A stretch of 64,000 nucleotides of DNA from a virus. Position numbers and translations under genes: made by a program. The stretch lies in IMG/VR virus record IMGVR_UViG_3300032294_002612, positions 31,732-95,731 of that record. One strand, 5' to 3'. This document shows, piece after piece, positions 1 through 9,092 of this stretch (the first letter of the stretch is position 1; each line of letters begins with the position of its first letter). The notes beneath the pieces were generated by a model. It was not told the DNA's origin. It made no database searches and saw only the letters and a list, made by a program, of their open reading frames with translations.

Positions 1-312
1 AATGCGCCGAACACGCATCGCATCTTGGAAGAAGTTGTTACCCTGCAAGCGCAATCTAATGACCTTACGATCAAGTCTTGCATCGAAAGCATCTGCGGAT
101 ACATCGGGGTTCCTTCAAAGAATGTCCGTTCCAAACGTAGTGCCAAGCTCGACGCTATGGAAGTCAAGGCGACCAAACTTGCTCACTCCATGCGCTTGCT
201 GCAAGCGATTGACTCCTACAATCTCCAGACCTATCGTGAAGGTCACAAAGAGCATCGTGAGGCTTGTCTGGATTATATTCAGACCCGCGACCATCTGCTC
301 GCAGGAGTATAA
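1..312 (+). CDS. Hypothetical protein, 5'-truncated by the window edge
   Basis: Frame 1 is open from base 1 (NAPNTHRILEEVV...) to TAA at 310-312 and is followed by a terminator-like hairpin. Confidence 0.6.
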   Translation, partial: NAPNTHRILEEVVTLQAQSNDLTIKSCIESICGYIGVPSKNVRSKRSAKLDAMEVKATKLAHSMRLLQAIDSYNLQTYREGHKEHREACLDYIQTRDHLLAGV

Positions 313-334
313 TTGTTAGTGGTGTAGTGGTGGG

Positions 335-371
335 TGCGGGGCGTGCCGTGTGGTGCGCCCCGCATTTTTTT
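335..371 (+). terminator. Intrinsic terminator
   Basis: TGCGGGGCG...CGCCCCGCA stem followed by a T7 tract. Confidence 0.75.
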
Positions 372-381
372 GCATTAAATT

Positions 382-458
382 GTAGCACGTTGAAAATCAA
401 CCACTTACAACCGCGCGCCCGGCCGCGCGGCGTAAGTCCTTCATAATCAACAACTTAC
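382..458. repeat. Two GTAAGT-N15-ACTTAC-type elements flanking a GC hairpin
   Basis: GTAGCA-N15-ACTTAC (382-408) and GTAAGT-N15-ACTTAC (432-458) share AATCAAC.ACTTAC; CCGCGCG/CGCGCGG hairpin at 411-430. Confidence 0.55.
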
Positions 459-515
459 ATAAAATCAATTATTCTCTTGATCTATAGGTATAATGGTGTA
501 TAATATAGGGAGAAA

Positions 516-587
516 GTCGCCATCGTCTAACGGTTAGGACACTTGGTTTTCATCCAAGTAATCGGAGTTCGATTCTCCGTGGCGATG
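516..587 (+). tRNA. tRNA-Glu(TTC)
   Basis: Cloverleaf; acceptor GTCGCCA/TGGCGAT; anticodon arm CTTGG-TTTTCAT-CCAAG. Confidence 0.95.
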
Positions 588-593
588 CTTCAC

Positions 594-670
594 GGAATGG
601 TAGCTCAATTGGTTAGAGCGCTGCCCTGTCACGGCAGAGGTTGCGGGTTCAAGTCCCGTCCGTTCCGCCA
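594..670 (+). tRNA. tRNA-Asp(GTC)
   Basis: Cloverleaf; CTGCC-CTGTCAC-GGCAG; CCA encoded. Confidence 0.97.
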
Positions 671-674
671 TTAC

Positions 675-748
675 AGAGGTATAGCTCAACTGGTCAGAGC
701 ACCGCTTTGATAAGGCGGGGGTTGTAGGTTCAAGTCCTACTACCTCTA
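675..748 (+). tRNA. tRNA-Ile(GAT)
   Basis: Acceptor AGAGGTA/TACCTCT; anticodon loop TTGATAA. Confidence 0.95.
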
Positions 749-790
749 TTTGGCTTCACCCTATTTCGCAAATATGGGGTTCACAATTAT

Positions 791-876
791 GGGTAGATGG
801 CTGAGCTGGTCTAAGGCGCTCGACTTGAAATCGAGAGAGGTGAAAGCCTCCGTGGGTTCGAATCCTACTCTACCCG
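791..876 (+). tRNA. tRNA-Ser(TGA)
   Basis: CTCGA-CTTGAAA-TCGAG; long variable arm GAGG-TGAAAG-CCTC. Confidence 0.95.
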
Positions 877-885
877 CCCCTGTAT

Positions 886-920
886 AAAAAAACTGGCGGC
901 CCCTTTCGAGACCGCCAGCT
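886..920 (-). terminator. Intrinsic terminator (copy 1)
   Basis: CTGGCGG...CCGCCAG hairpin preceded by A7 on + (a U-tract on -). Confidence 0.7.
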
Positions 921-1022
921 AAACATAGATAAATGAATAATCTAACAATACAGTCGGAGTTAACCCTGGCAGGCATTCTGACTATGTATTTATATTATTA
1001 CTATTTGCGTTCACTGTCAAAT

Positions 1023-1057
1023 AAAAAAACTGGCGACCCGTTTCCAGATCGCCAGCT
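1023..1057 (-). terminator. Intrinsic terminator (copy 2)
   Basis: CTGGCGA...TCGCCAG hairpin preceded by A7; near-duplicate of 886-920 with a compensatory G-C to A-T change. Confidence 0.7.
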
Positions 1058-1223
1058 TCTCACGAGCCCTCCCAAGATTAATTATAAAAATAATCCCATA
1101 CCAATCATAAATAACAATCCTGCTATTATTATTAGAGGGGCTATATGTTCATCCTCTATAGGGTTTCTATTCATGTGTGATTCCTGGGGCAACCGAGTGC
1201 CTTTTGGAATATTATTATTTACA

Positions 1224-1954
1224 CTATTTGTCGGCAAACTGGAGCAGTTCCTTTCTTATTTGGTTGCGCCTCATAGCGCCGCTTGGAGACTCATCCCTCT
1301 GCACATCATCAGAGAAATATACCTTGATCAATAATTTAATATTATTAATGTTATCGATTTGTTTGATGATCTTCTGTTGAGCGTAACGTATTGGATCGTC
1401 TTGGTTCATATTAATGTCCCCCCAGAAGAGCTAGTAGTAGCATGGCTACACTTGCAATGCATACATAAAATTTGATATCGTCTTTTGGATCTTGAAGTTT
1501 CACTGTATTTAAATGGGTTCATATGTTAGCAGTTGTGTGGGTAGTTGTCAAGTTATGGGTTTAGAGATCTTCCTCTTCCAGAAGGAATTCAGGAATGTCC
1601 GCCTCTGCAGCGTCAGGAGCGTCTACGATATCGATGGCATCGAAAAGCTCATTATACTTTGCCATGTTCATGATGTCTTCGTAGAAGCATTCTTTTGCGC
1701 GTTGTTCCATCTGGTCATCTCCAGAACGGACAACATATCCTAGATCTATAATTAAACGTTTATATTTATTCATTTGGGTATTGTTTTACTTTGATTTTAT
1801 TACCTTAGAATTTATTTATGATCTTGACGAACTCTTCATACTCCATGTCGAGGTCTTCTTGTATAAAGGTATTTTCATGCTGACACCACGCCGCATGCAA
1901 ATAGCACAAGGCGTAATCGATCACAAAATTTAGTTTTTTATCAGAGAGTTTCAT
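1224..1954 (-). CDS. Three small hypothetical proteins (1224-1409, 1561-1773, 1805-1954)
   Basis: Tandem, closely packed minus-strand ORFs. Confidence 0.55.
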
Positions 1955-2427
1955 CCTAGTTCCTCCTCTTCGTCGATCATGAGATCGTCCTTTAGATACT
2001 GAGGCGCATCGCTGCGTGGGGAATAACACTTATCGCAATGTTTGCCCGTGGCATCAACGCTGAGTTCGCCACAGAAGTCCATCCCCGGCTCATCATAGAT
2101 TAACCGTAAACTTTTTCCAATACGTTTAGCTAGCGCAACGATAGCACCTACAGGAGGACTCCAAGCAGTATTGAAACTAATACCCTCATCCTGAGCCTGA
2201 CCCTCGTAAGAGTTTGAGCGCGTTCCCCAATTCTCATTCCGCCAACCATACCAGTCCTCAATCTCCGGTGGCATGGGAGCGATCTTTTCGAAATCAAGAA
2301 AAGTATCGGGAAGCGAACTCCACTCTACCTTCTGGGTAGAGATATAGTCCGCGATCAGTGACAGGTCTCCATCAGGAGCCTCCAAGTAGTTGTAACAGTC
2401 ATTAGGCATAGTCCCAAAATATACCAC
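1951..2427 (-). CDS. YubB/DUF1281 (Api92-like) ferredoxin-like domain protein
   Basis: Motif WYGWRNENWGTRSN...FNTAWSPP...YDEPGMDFCG. Confidence 0.75.
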   Translation of the reverse strand: MVYFGTMPNDCYNYLEAPDGDLSLIADYISTQKVEWSSLPDTFLDFEKIAPMPPEIEDWYGWRNENWGTRSNSYEGQAQDEGISFNTAWSPPVGAIVALAKRIGKSLRLIYDEPGMDFCGELSVDATGKHCDKCYSPRSDAPQYLKDDLMIDEEEELG

Positions 2428-2452
2428 TACTTCAGGAAAGTGTCAAGCCCCT

Positions 2453-3364
2453 TTAATATAAAATTCCCTCAATCTTTTGATTCCTATCGAATACAAAATC
2501 TTTTATTGCTAAGTCTTTCTGCTTTGCTTCTACCTCGATGTCGAATTGACTTTGTGGTAAAATCCGTATATAGTCGCTGTGCGCTGGATCGTCGGGATTG
2601 TCGCGTCCTTCGCTGTAGTGCTGGACTGGGTCATTATTTGACCAACTCTCGCTGGTAATTCTGATTGCTTCATCCAGAGTGATCCCACCATCATTAAGCC
2701 TAAAATGATGGTAGTCAAATGTAATGGGTATTTGAGGAAACAGCTTACGCAGATTTTGAGGGTTCCAGCAGCCATGTTGTTCGTTTTCGAATACTAATCT
2801 ACTAATTACACTATTTGAAAGTAAACGGATACTATTTTTTATATTATTAGCAGTCTCATTACAATCTTTACTTCCATTACTCACATGAATATTAATAGGG
2901 CAATTGTGATTCTGTGGTAGACCCAGCAAATCCAGGAGCTGACCATGATACTCCAGGTTCTTAATAGAGTTATTTCGAACCTCTTCTTTCGCAGATCCAA
3001 TAGAGACAAACTGTCCAGGGTGTATCGTTAGGCGCCCACCCAACGAAATATAACGTTTGATTATTTCGCGCAATGGGCCTACCAAACCGTGGTTGGCAAT
3101 CGTGTTGCGCCAATCCTCCCAGAGATATCCCCACTTCTCATGATCAGCAAAGGGAACCAGATCACTGCTAATACGGTAAAGAAAAATATTATTTGTAATA
3201 TTCCAATTAATAATTTTATAAAACAATTCAAAATTATGTTTTATTATACTATTCCATTTAGCTTCTACATCTTCTTTGCTATTCCTATTGGCCCATGCCA
3301 GTGTCATGGTTCTAAATCTTTCCTCAAGGGAAAGATTAATGCAGCAATATCCTGTTCTATACAT
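2453..3364 (-). CDS. uvsE: UV-damage endonuclease
   Basis: GYCCIN N-terminus, YRISSDLVP, RLTIHPGQF, LVFENE, FDYHH, HYSEGR, AHSDYI, IEVEAKQKDLA. Confidence 0.92.
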   Translation of the reverse strand: MYRTGYCCINLSLEERFRTMTLAWANRNSKEDVEAKWNSIIKHNFELFYKIINWNITNNIFLYRISSDLVPFADHEKWGYLWEDWRNTIANHGLVGPLREIIKRYISLGGRLTIHPGQFVSIGSAKEEVRNNSIKNLEYHGQLLDLLGLPQNHNCPINIHVSNGSKDCNETANNIKNSIRLLSNSVISRLVFENEQHGCWNPQNLRKLFPQIPITFDYHHFRLNDGGITLDEAIRITSESWSNNDPVQHYSEGRDNPDDPAHSDYIRILPQSQFDIEVEAKQKDLAIKDFVFDRNQKIEGILY

Positions 3365-3487
3365 TTGCCTATGTTATCAATTGTTGGGCGATGTGTCAAG
3401 CCACCTTTACGTAGTAAAGGACCGTGTTTAAATGTGATAAAATGTTATCAATTGTACCAGGGTACTTATTTGATTATTTCGGATTCC

Positions 3488-4109
3488 TTATTTCGCAATT
3501 TCGCTTTCGCAAATTGATTATCAATTATCATTTACTTATTTCGCAAAATATCATTCACAAATACAATTAAAATTAATTTTTATTTGCAATTATTTATTTC
3601 GCAAATATTAGTTCACAAATTAAGGAGTAATAATCCTAGGAGTATCTTCTTCCATCTTTTCTTTAAAAGACTTCACCATTTCTTGGAAATCTTCTTCAGT
3701 AATCACATTCCAATGTTCGGGCGGTACGGTAGTTTCATAACCAGGGTTACCTTGAAAATCATCCGCCTGAATCAATTCAACTACTTTTTGCTTTGCTTCT
3801 TCTTTATTTTCGGCTTCAACGTCAATAATTTCAGAGAAGAAGTGCGTTACTTTTACTTTATATTTATTCATAATCTTTTATTATATATTATTATTTGGCC
3901 ATTTCCAATTAATTAATCAATTGAAAAAATTACTTCTGTATTACCATCTTTATCCTCACTAGAGTAAACTGACCAAATATTAATGTTTTCATCGCCATAA
4001 CCGTTATCAATACTAATGGGGGTGTTGTCTGGCAAATCCTTTATAAACTTTCTAAGATCTCCAACATTTAATTTTCTCATAAAGCTATACTATTACTTAT
4101 TTCGCAAAA
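3488..4109. repeat. Dispersed TTATTTCGCAA direct repeats
   Basis: TTATTTCGCAA at 3488, 3536, 3594 and 4097; 17-mer TTACTTATTTCGCAAAA at 3532 and 4093; variants at 761, 3505, 4222 and 4851. Confidence 0.7.
3620..3871 (-). CDS. Small hypothetical protein, DpnD/PcfM-like
   Basis: KYKVKVTHFFSEIIDVEAENKEEAKQKV pattern. Confidence 0.55.
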   Translation of the reverse strand: MNKYKVKVTHFFSEIIDVEAENKEEAKQKVVELIQADDFQGNPGYETTVPPEHWNVITEEDFQEMVKSFKEKMEEDTPRIITP

Positions 4110-4477
4110 AGTCAATCACAAATTTAATTATTTGGTTAGATTTGGTTCCTTTTTCATTACTGTTCCATCGACAAGACAAGGTGATTTCCAGTACTCATTT
4201 TCATTTATTTGGGGAGAGCTGATTCGCAATTCGCATTCCATCATGACCGCGCACCCGGCCAAAAAATTAATTGCAATTAAATTAATTAAAATAAATAAAT
4301 ATTTCATTTTACTTTACTCCAAACCAAACTATATTATGTATCAAACTATTTATTTGATTCGTTACGCTTTTGGGGTAAGTTGTCTCAAACACCATACAGA
4401 TAACAATAAACAATACTATAAAGATAATAGTACTAATTGCTTTAACGATTATTGATTTATATTTAGGATTCATATAT

Positions 4478-4714
4478 TTATCTCATTAAAAAATTCCACC
4501 AATTTTGATATAGATATTCATAACAATCTTTTCTCATACTCTGTCTATACCAGAAACGATCTGAACGCTGTTCGATGTGCCTGATATCCCGTTGCAGCGG
4601 GTAATCAGGAACGTAATAAAACGCCTCCTTGTATCCACCATCACTACCACAACCATATAGGAAAATACTGGAGAGTAATACAAAGAATTTATTTTTATAA
4701 TTTATTTTAGTCAT
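4478..4714 (-). CDS. Putative small lipoprotein
   Basis: Basic N-terminus, hydrophobic stretch and lipobox-like LYGC. Confidence 0.45.
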   Translation of the reverse strand: MTKINYKNKFFVLLSSIFLYGCGSDGGYKEAFYYVPDYPLQRDIRHIEQRSDRFWYRQSMRKDCYEYLYQNWWNFLMR

Positions 4715-5029
4715 ATGAAAATTTTTTTATTTATATAAATCGGATAGTTCTTTTTTTATATTAATTAATTTTTATTCATCTAATGTAATTTTTATTACAT
4801 TGTGTATTTCTACCTGTCTATTTCCTATATTTTACTCTGTAGAGCGCCTCGTTCGCAACTATGAATATCATACCAATAGTTGCAAGACATTGCAACAATT
4901 TTTCTTCCCAAGGCTTTAAAATAATCATATAAAGACTATCCACTACCCTATATCTGTAATCAAGGTATTTTTATGGTTAATTGTGGGTAAGAGTGGGGCG
5001 TTGTGGGGATTAAATTAAACCTTAATAAT

Positions 5030-5545
5030 TTAATTTAACTTTTGGCGACCTTTGAAATAATTTTGCCCATAAGTTACAAATATTTCCTGACCTTTTTTAA
5101 TTGGTTTAGTTGCAATCACATCTCCAATTAAATTTCTAAAATTGAATTGCCATTTGGTATTTGGTTGGTCTTGATGATTATACAACATTCCATAACCAAG
5201 AACCATGAACATAGAATTTCCATGTCGCGCGCAATCTTCGCATTTACAATTACTATTGCTATATAAATAATTAAAAATTTGAGGATCTCTTAAATAATTA
5301 GATTTCCATGCCATTTGAATCATTGGGCATCTTTCGATTAACTCGCCTTCTTTGATATCTCTTGTGGCGAAAACTCCCAACCCCATCTCAGCACTAGCAA
5401 GTTTAACAATAACATTTTTAGGTTGATAATAAGTATTTTCTAATACCCTTTCAAAAGGGCCGAGATCTTTAGGGGTTTCCTGTTTAATCTCAATTTCTTT
5501 TTGAACCTCGGCGTCTTGTTTTATTTCCACTGCTTCTTCTTTCAT
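5030..5545 (-). CDS. SET-domain protein-lysine methyltransferase
   Basis: GLGVFATRDIKEGELIE, MLYNHQDQPN (NH motif), IKKGQEIFVTYG. Confidence 0.9.
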   Translation of the reverse strand: MKEEAVEIKQDAEVQKEIEIKQETPKDLGPFERVLENTYYQPKNVIVKLASAEMGLGVFATRDIKEGELIERCPMIQMAWKSNYLRDPQIFNYLYSNSNCKCEDCARHGNSMFMVLGYGMLYNHQDQPNTKWQFNFRNLIGDVIATKPIKKGQEIFVTYGQNYFKGRQKLN

Positions 5546-5592
5546 ATGCTAATTATAAATTCTAAATTTAGAAAAATCGAAATATTTTAATT

Positions 5593-5665
5593 TCGGGATG
5601 GCGGGGCTCGAACTCGCAATCTCCTGCTCCCAAAGCAGGCGCCTTAACCATTGGGCTACATCCCG
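5593..5665 (-). tRNA. tRNA-Pro(TGG)
   Basis: Minus strand CGGGATG...CCTGC-TTTGGGA-GCAGG...CATCCCG. Confidence 0.95.
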
Positions 5666-5673
5666 TATATTAA

Positions 5674-5955
5674 TCAAATTTTAAACACACTATCCTCAAA
5701 ATAAAACCTGTAACTACCAAGAAATATTACCTGTGCTCCATTGATATTCTTGATGTCTGCAAACTCAAAATCATTAGTAGTGAAAGACTTATTATTGGAA
5801 AGCCCAAAAATCTCTTCCCCATCTTGTTCTGGATAAAGGTTACTTACTTCGATTTCAAGTTTATGGTATGAATCATATTGTGATTCAACACATTTAATAT
5901 TACGATAGTTCTCCCTAAATAGGGCCAATACTTCTTCTACGTGTTTACTAATCAT
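5674..5955 (-). CDS. Hypothetical protein
   Basis: 93-aa ORF between two tRNAs. Confidence 0.55.
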   Translation of the reverse strand: MISKHVEEVLALFRENYRNIKCVESQYDSYHKLEIEVSNLYPEQDGEEIFGLSNNKSFTTNDFEFADIKNINGAQVIFLGSYRFYFEDSVFKI

Positions 5956-5973
5956 TTTTTATTTATAAAATTA

Positions 5974-6045
5974 ATCCAGTCCAGGGACTTGAACCCTGCT
6001 CTCAGGTTTACAAAACCCGTGCATCGCCGTCTATGCTTGACTGGA
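5974..6045 (-). tRNA. tRNA-Thr(TGT)
   Basis: Acceptor TCCAGTC/GACTGGA; CGGGT-TTTGTAA-ACCTG. Confidence 0.9.
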
Positions 6046-6063
6046 ATTAATTATTTTTACACC

Positions 6064-6585
6064 TTACGCAAGGCGATAGACCTTGCGCGGCTTACCACGC
6101 CCACCAACAAGCTCCTTCACCACATTCACCTTACCGCTCTGAACGGCACTGCGAATCAAGTTGTGAACTTCATACTCCCGAATGTCGTTCTTCTCGACGA
6201 CATCCTTGACCGTGAACTCGCCATCAACACCCTTGAGTTGATTGAAGGCCAGCTTTGCTTTAGAAGGACGACCACGGCGCTTAGGCGCAGCGGAAGCCTC
6301 GTTTTGCCCTGCACTAGCAGTAGCGTTTTGTTTGTTCTCTTCCATAAGATCTTTCTCAAATTCGTCAACCACTTCAACCATGACGCCATTAGAAACGTGC
6401 ATACGAAATGGACGCCAAGCATCGTTAATAGAATCGCGCTTATGCCCCTCAATAAGGGAGCTAGTTTCGGTTGAAGAAATAAACTTCATATCACGCATCG
6501 TATCACGGACAGAAGGAATCTGAAACTTATCTCCGCGTTGAAGATTATTGATATGAACCAGCTTTTTGTTTGTATCAGTTTTCAT
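6064..6585 (-). CDS. Putative DNA-binding protein (AT-hook-like KRRGRPSK; wHTH-like C-terminus)
   Basis: KRRGRPSK and GGRGKPRKVYRL motifs; TTGACA-N17-TATATAAT-type promoter upstream (~6587-6624). Confidence 0.55.
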   Translation of the reverse strand: MKTDTNKKLVHINNLQRGDKFQIPSVRDTMRDMKFISSTETSSLIEGHKRDSINDAWRPFRMHVSNGVMVEVVDEFEKDLMEENKQNATASAGQNEASAAPKRRGRPSKAKLAFNQLKGVDGEFTVKDVVEKNDIREYEVHNLIRSAVQSGKVNVVKELVGGRGKPRKVYRLA

Positions 6586-6694
6586 GATTTATATAGTTTA
6601 TTAGAATTTTTATAATTTGTCAAGCATTTGATTGTTTATCTATAGCCTTGTAGATAAGGTACATAGCTATTGCCACAAGAATTAATTCCACAAA

Positions 6695-7633
6695 TTACTC
6701 TCCAATGGCCTCAAGATATTCACGACCTTGCTTGGTCAAACGACGACCGCCTTGGGCAATCTCCATGAGATTGTGTTTGAGCGGGTAAAGTTCAAACTCT
6801 GCGCGCAGAGCTTGACTTGACAAGCCAGTAACCGCACTGATATTTGTAAGAGAGCAAATGTTACGCTCTTTAAGAACTTTAAGAATTTGGAGTTCGGTAT
6901 TTTCCAACCCAAGAGGGAGAATACCCAAGACACTTTTGATTCGACCCCAAATATTCATATCAATGTATGAAACATTGTGCCTACGCGCAAATTGCATAAT
7001 ATTATCTTTGGCCATGAGAGTAGCGTTACGAGCATTACCGCGACAAACGCTGGCAATATCCCGCAAAGTTTCTTCATCAAATTCCAGATCTTCACTGTTA
7101 TTCTTGACAATCTGACCCAATTCATCGTATTGATATTCTTCCATGTGAATCATACGGCAACGATCTTTGAGAGGAGTAATGACCCTTTGCGGATCAGTAG
7201 TTGCAAAAATAAAACTCACCTTAGTAAAATCAAACTCAATATTATAATCTTCAAAACGAAGAGTATTCATGTTGTGTTTGTTAGGATTGAGAACCGTAAG
7301 CAAACACGTTTGAATTGGGGCTGGCATTTCATGAACCTCGTCAAAGAAGAGGGTAATATGCTGGTCACGAACATATTGAAGAACAATGTCCTCAATAAAC
7401 TGTCGCACGTTCTTGAGTGTCGAACAGTTGATAGTCAACATAGGCTTAACGCGGCCAAGAGTTTTGCTACGCAAATTCTTGGCAACTTGAGTGGCAAGCA
7501 TGGTCTTACCTTGGCCTCTCATGCCAACGATGAACATATGAGGCAAGATTTCTGTTTTCTCAAAAGCGTCGATATAAAAGCCGAGAACGCTTTTAGTTTT
7601 CTTTTGTCCAATCATCTCGTCGAAGTAATTCAT
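6695..7633 (-). CDS. ruvB: RuvB-like Holliday junction branch-migration ATPase
   Basis: MIGQ N-terminus, Walker A GMRGQGKT, Walker B FFDEVH, ATTDP, PLKDRC, sensor RGNARNA, C-terminal wHTH (GGRRLTKQG). Confidence 0.85.
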   Translation of the reverse strand: MNYFDEMIGQKKTKSVLGFYIDAFEKTEILPHMFIVGMRGQGKTMLATQVAKNLRSKTLGRVKPMLTINCSTLKNVRQFIEDIVLQYVRDQHITLFFDEVHEMPAPIQTCLLTVLNPNKHNMNTLRFEDYNIEFDFTKVSFIFATTDPQRVITPLKDRCRMIHMEEYQYDELGQIVKNNSEDLEFDEETLRDIASVCRGNARNATLMAKDNIMQFARRHNVSYIDMNIWGRIKSVLGILPLGLENTELQILKVLKERNICSLTNISAVTGLSSQALRAEFELYPLKHNLMEIAQGGRRLTKQGREYLEAIGE

Positions 7634-7733
7634 AAGCCCTATTTATATGATTCTTTGTGGTCTTGGTCAATCTTTTTTATCAAAATACCCAATTTATTTG
7701 TAGTTAAAACATTTTTCTAGTGTAATTAAGTTT

Positions 7734-8423
7734 GTGAAAATAATTACATCCGAAATCGATTATCAAAATGCTCATCGGTTTGATTTAATAGAATTACAGT
7801 GTAAAATATGCAAAAAGTCTTTTTTTAAAGAAAAAAGGAGAATTAATGATGTGTTATTATATAATTTACGTCCAAAAAGCCTTAAATTTTTGTATTGTTC
7901 TAGGCAATGCTCTGCAATAGGTCGGACAACAAGTTTCAAAACAAATTGTGCCCATTGTGGAAAAGAAATAGTAAAATCAAATTATAAAAAAGCAAAAAAC
8001 AAAAATTATTTTTGTAGTCGATCATGTAATTCAAGTTACCAAAATACTCATAAAAAATATGGAACAAAAAGATCAAAATTAGAATATTGGATTGAAGATC
8101 AATTAATTAAACTATACCCAAATCTTAAATTTAAGTTTAACTCTAAACAAGAAATTAATTCTGAACTAGATATTTACATTCCATCATTAAAATTAGCTTT
8201 TGAATTGAATGGGCCTTTTCATTATGAACCTATTTACGGTAAAGAACGTTTGAAGAGAAGTCAACATAATGATCAACAAAAATTTTTAGCATGTCATACG
8301 AAAGGCATTTCTCTTTGTGTTATCTCTACAGGTTTTTATAGTCATAGTAAGCCAGAAAAATCACAAAAATATTTGAATATTATTACTGAAATAATAAATA
8401 ATAATATATCAAAAAACTTCTAA
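7734..8423 (+). CDS. Free-standing homing endonuclease-like protein (Zn-finger repeats + Vsr/DUF559-like PD-(D/E)xK domain)
   Basis: YCSRQCS and FCSRSCN repeats; ELDIYIPSLKLAFELNGPFHY; antisense to its neighbours; GTGTAAT at 7720. Confidence 0.75.
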   Translation: MKIITSEIDYQNAHRFDLIELQCKICKKSFFKEKRRINDVLLYNLRPKSLKFLYCSRQCSAIGRTTSFKTNCAHCGKEIVKSNYKKAKNKNYFCSRSCNSSYQNTHKKYGTKRSKLEYWIEDQLIKLYPNLKFKFNSKQEINSELDIYIPSLKLAFELNGPFHYEPIYGKERLKRSQHNDQQKFLACHTKGISLCVISTGFYSHSKPEKSQKYLNIITEIINNNISKNF

Positions 8424-9025
8424 GCTAATTTGAGGTTTTGGAACCAAATCTTCTTGATGCTCCACCTTCTTATTTTCAGGTTTCGCGTTCCCAAATGTCT
8501 CAAGCTCTACATCACTCGTTCCACCATTAACAGCAGCAACGAGAGTATCATGCTTTGCCTCGACTTTTTTGCCATCAAGCCCAAGCATTTGAGCGTAACG
8601 ACCCCAAACAATGACTCGCGCATTTGGTTTAAGAACACGATTGAGTTCTTCCAAAGATACTTGTGCAAAACTACCACTACCAGCTTTTCTACCACGTTTT
8701 TTCATATTTTGAATATTAATGAATTTTTATAATAATGTCAACCATTTTCATCCATTGTCTCCAAATCTTTTTCTACAATTTTAATCATCTCTTTTATTTT
8801 ATTCAGTAAAAACATAGCAGCTTCATTGTATGTTTCAAATTCTTCTTCAATATCACGGAAGATGTACCCATAATGCTCAACACGATACTTTTGTTTTTGT
8901 CCGTAACTCCAAACAGTATTGATATAGAAGTGGCAATCACGATCTTTATGATGATCTTTGCCTATTAAAAAATACCATTTTTCTGTTAGTTCTGTAATTT
9001 GGTTTGGGACATTTTCGGTTGACAT
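8409..9025 (-). CDS. Two hypothetical proteins (8409-8705, 8738-9025)
   Basis: Intact ORFs, no recognised motif. Confidence 0.6.
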
Positions 9026-9092
9026 ATATTTAAATATATAACAATTTTTAAATTAAAGTCAATTTTTTTAAAAAATAGTGTAATATCTATAA

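Noticed and set aside
761-976. ORFs overlapping tRNAs (761-976, 41359-41556, 56351-56587, 5' part of 39426-39776)
   Set aside because: They are antisense or in-frame read-throughs of tRNA genes, not credible proteins.
1974-1985. Self-target for array unit U1 (CGATCATGAGA matches 11 contiguous nt of the predicted 16-mer)
   Set aside because: The flanking variable positions mismatch, and an 11-nt hit in 128 kb of two-strand sequence over several guide and register choices is within chance.
5941-7720. Long plus-strand ORFs (5941-6474, 6977-7720 and similar shadow ORFs elsewhere)
   Set aside because: They are antisense shadows of the RuvB-like and other well-supported genes, with no recognisable motifs.
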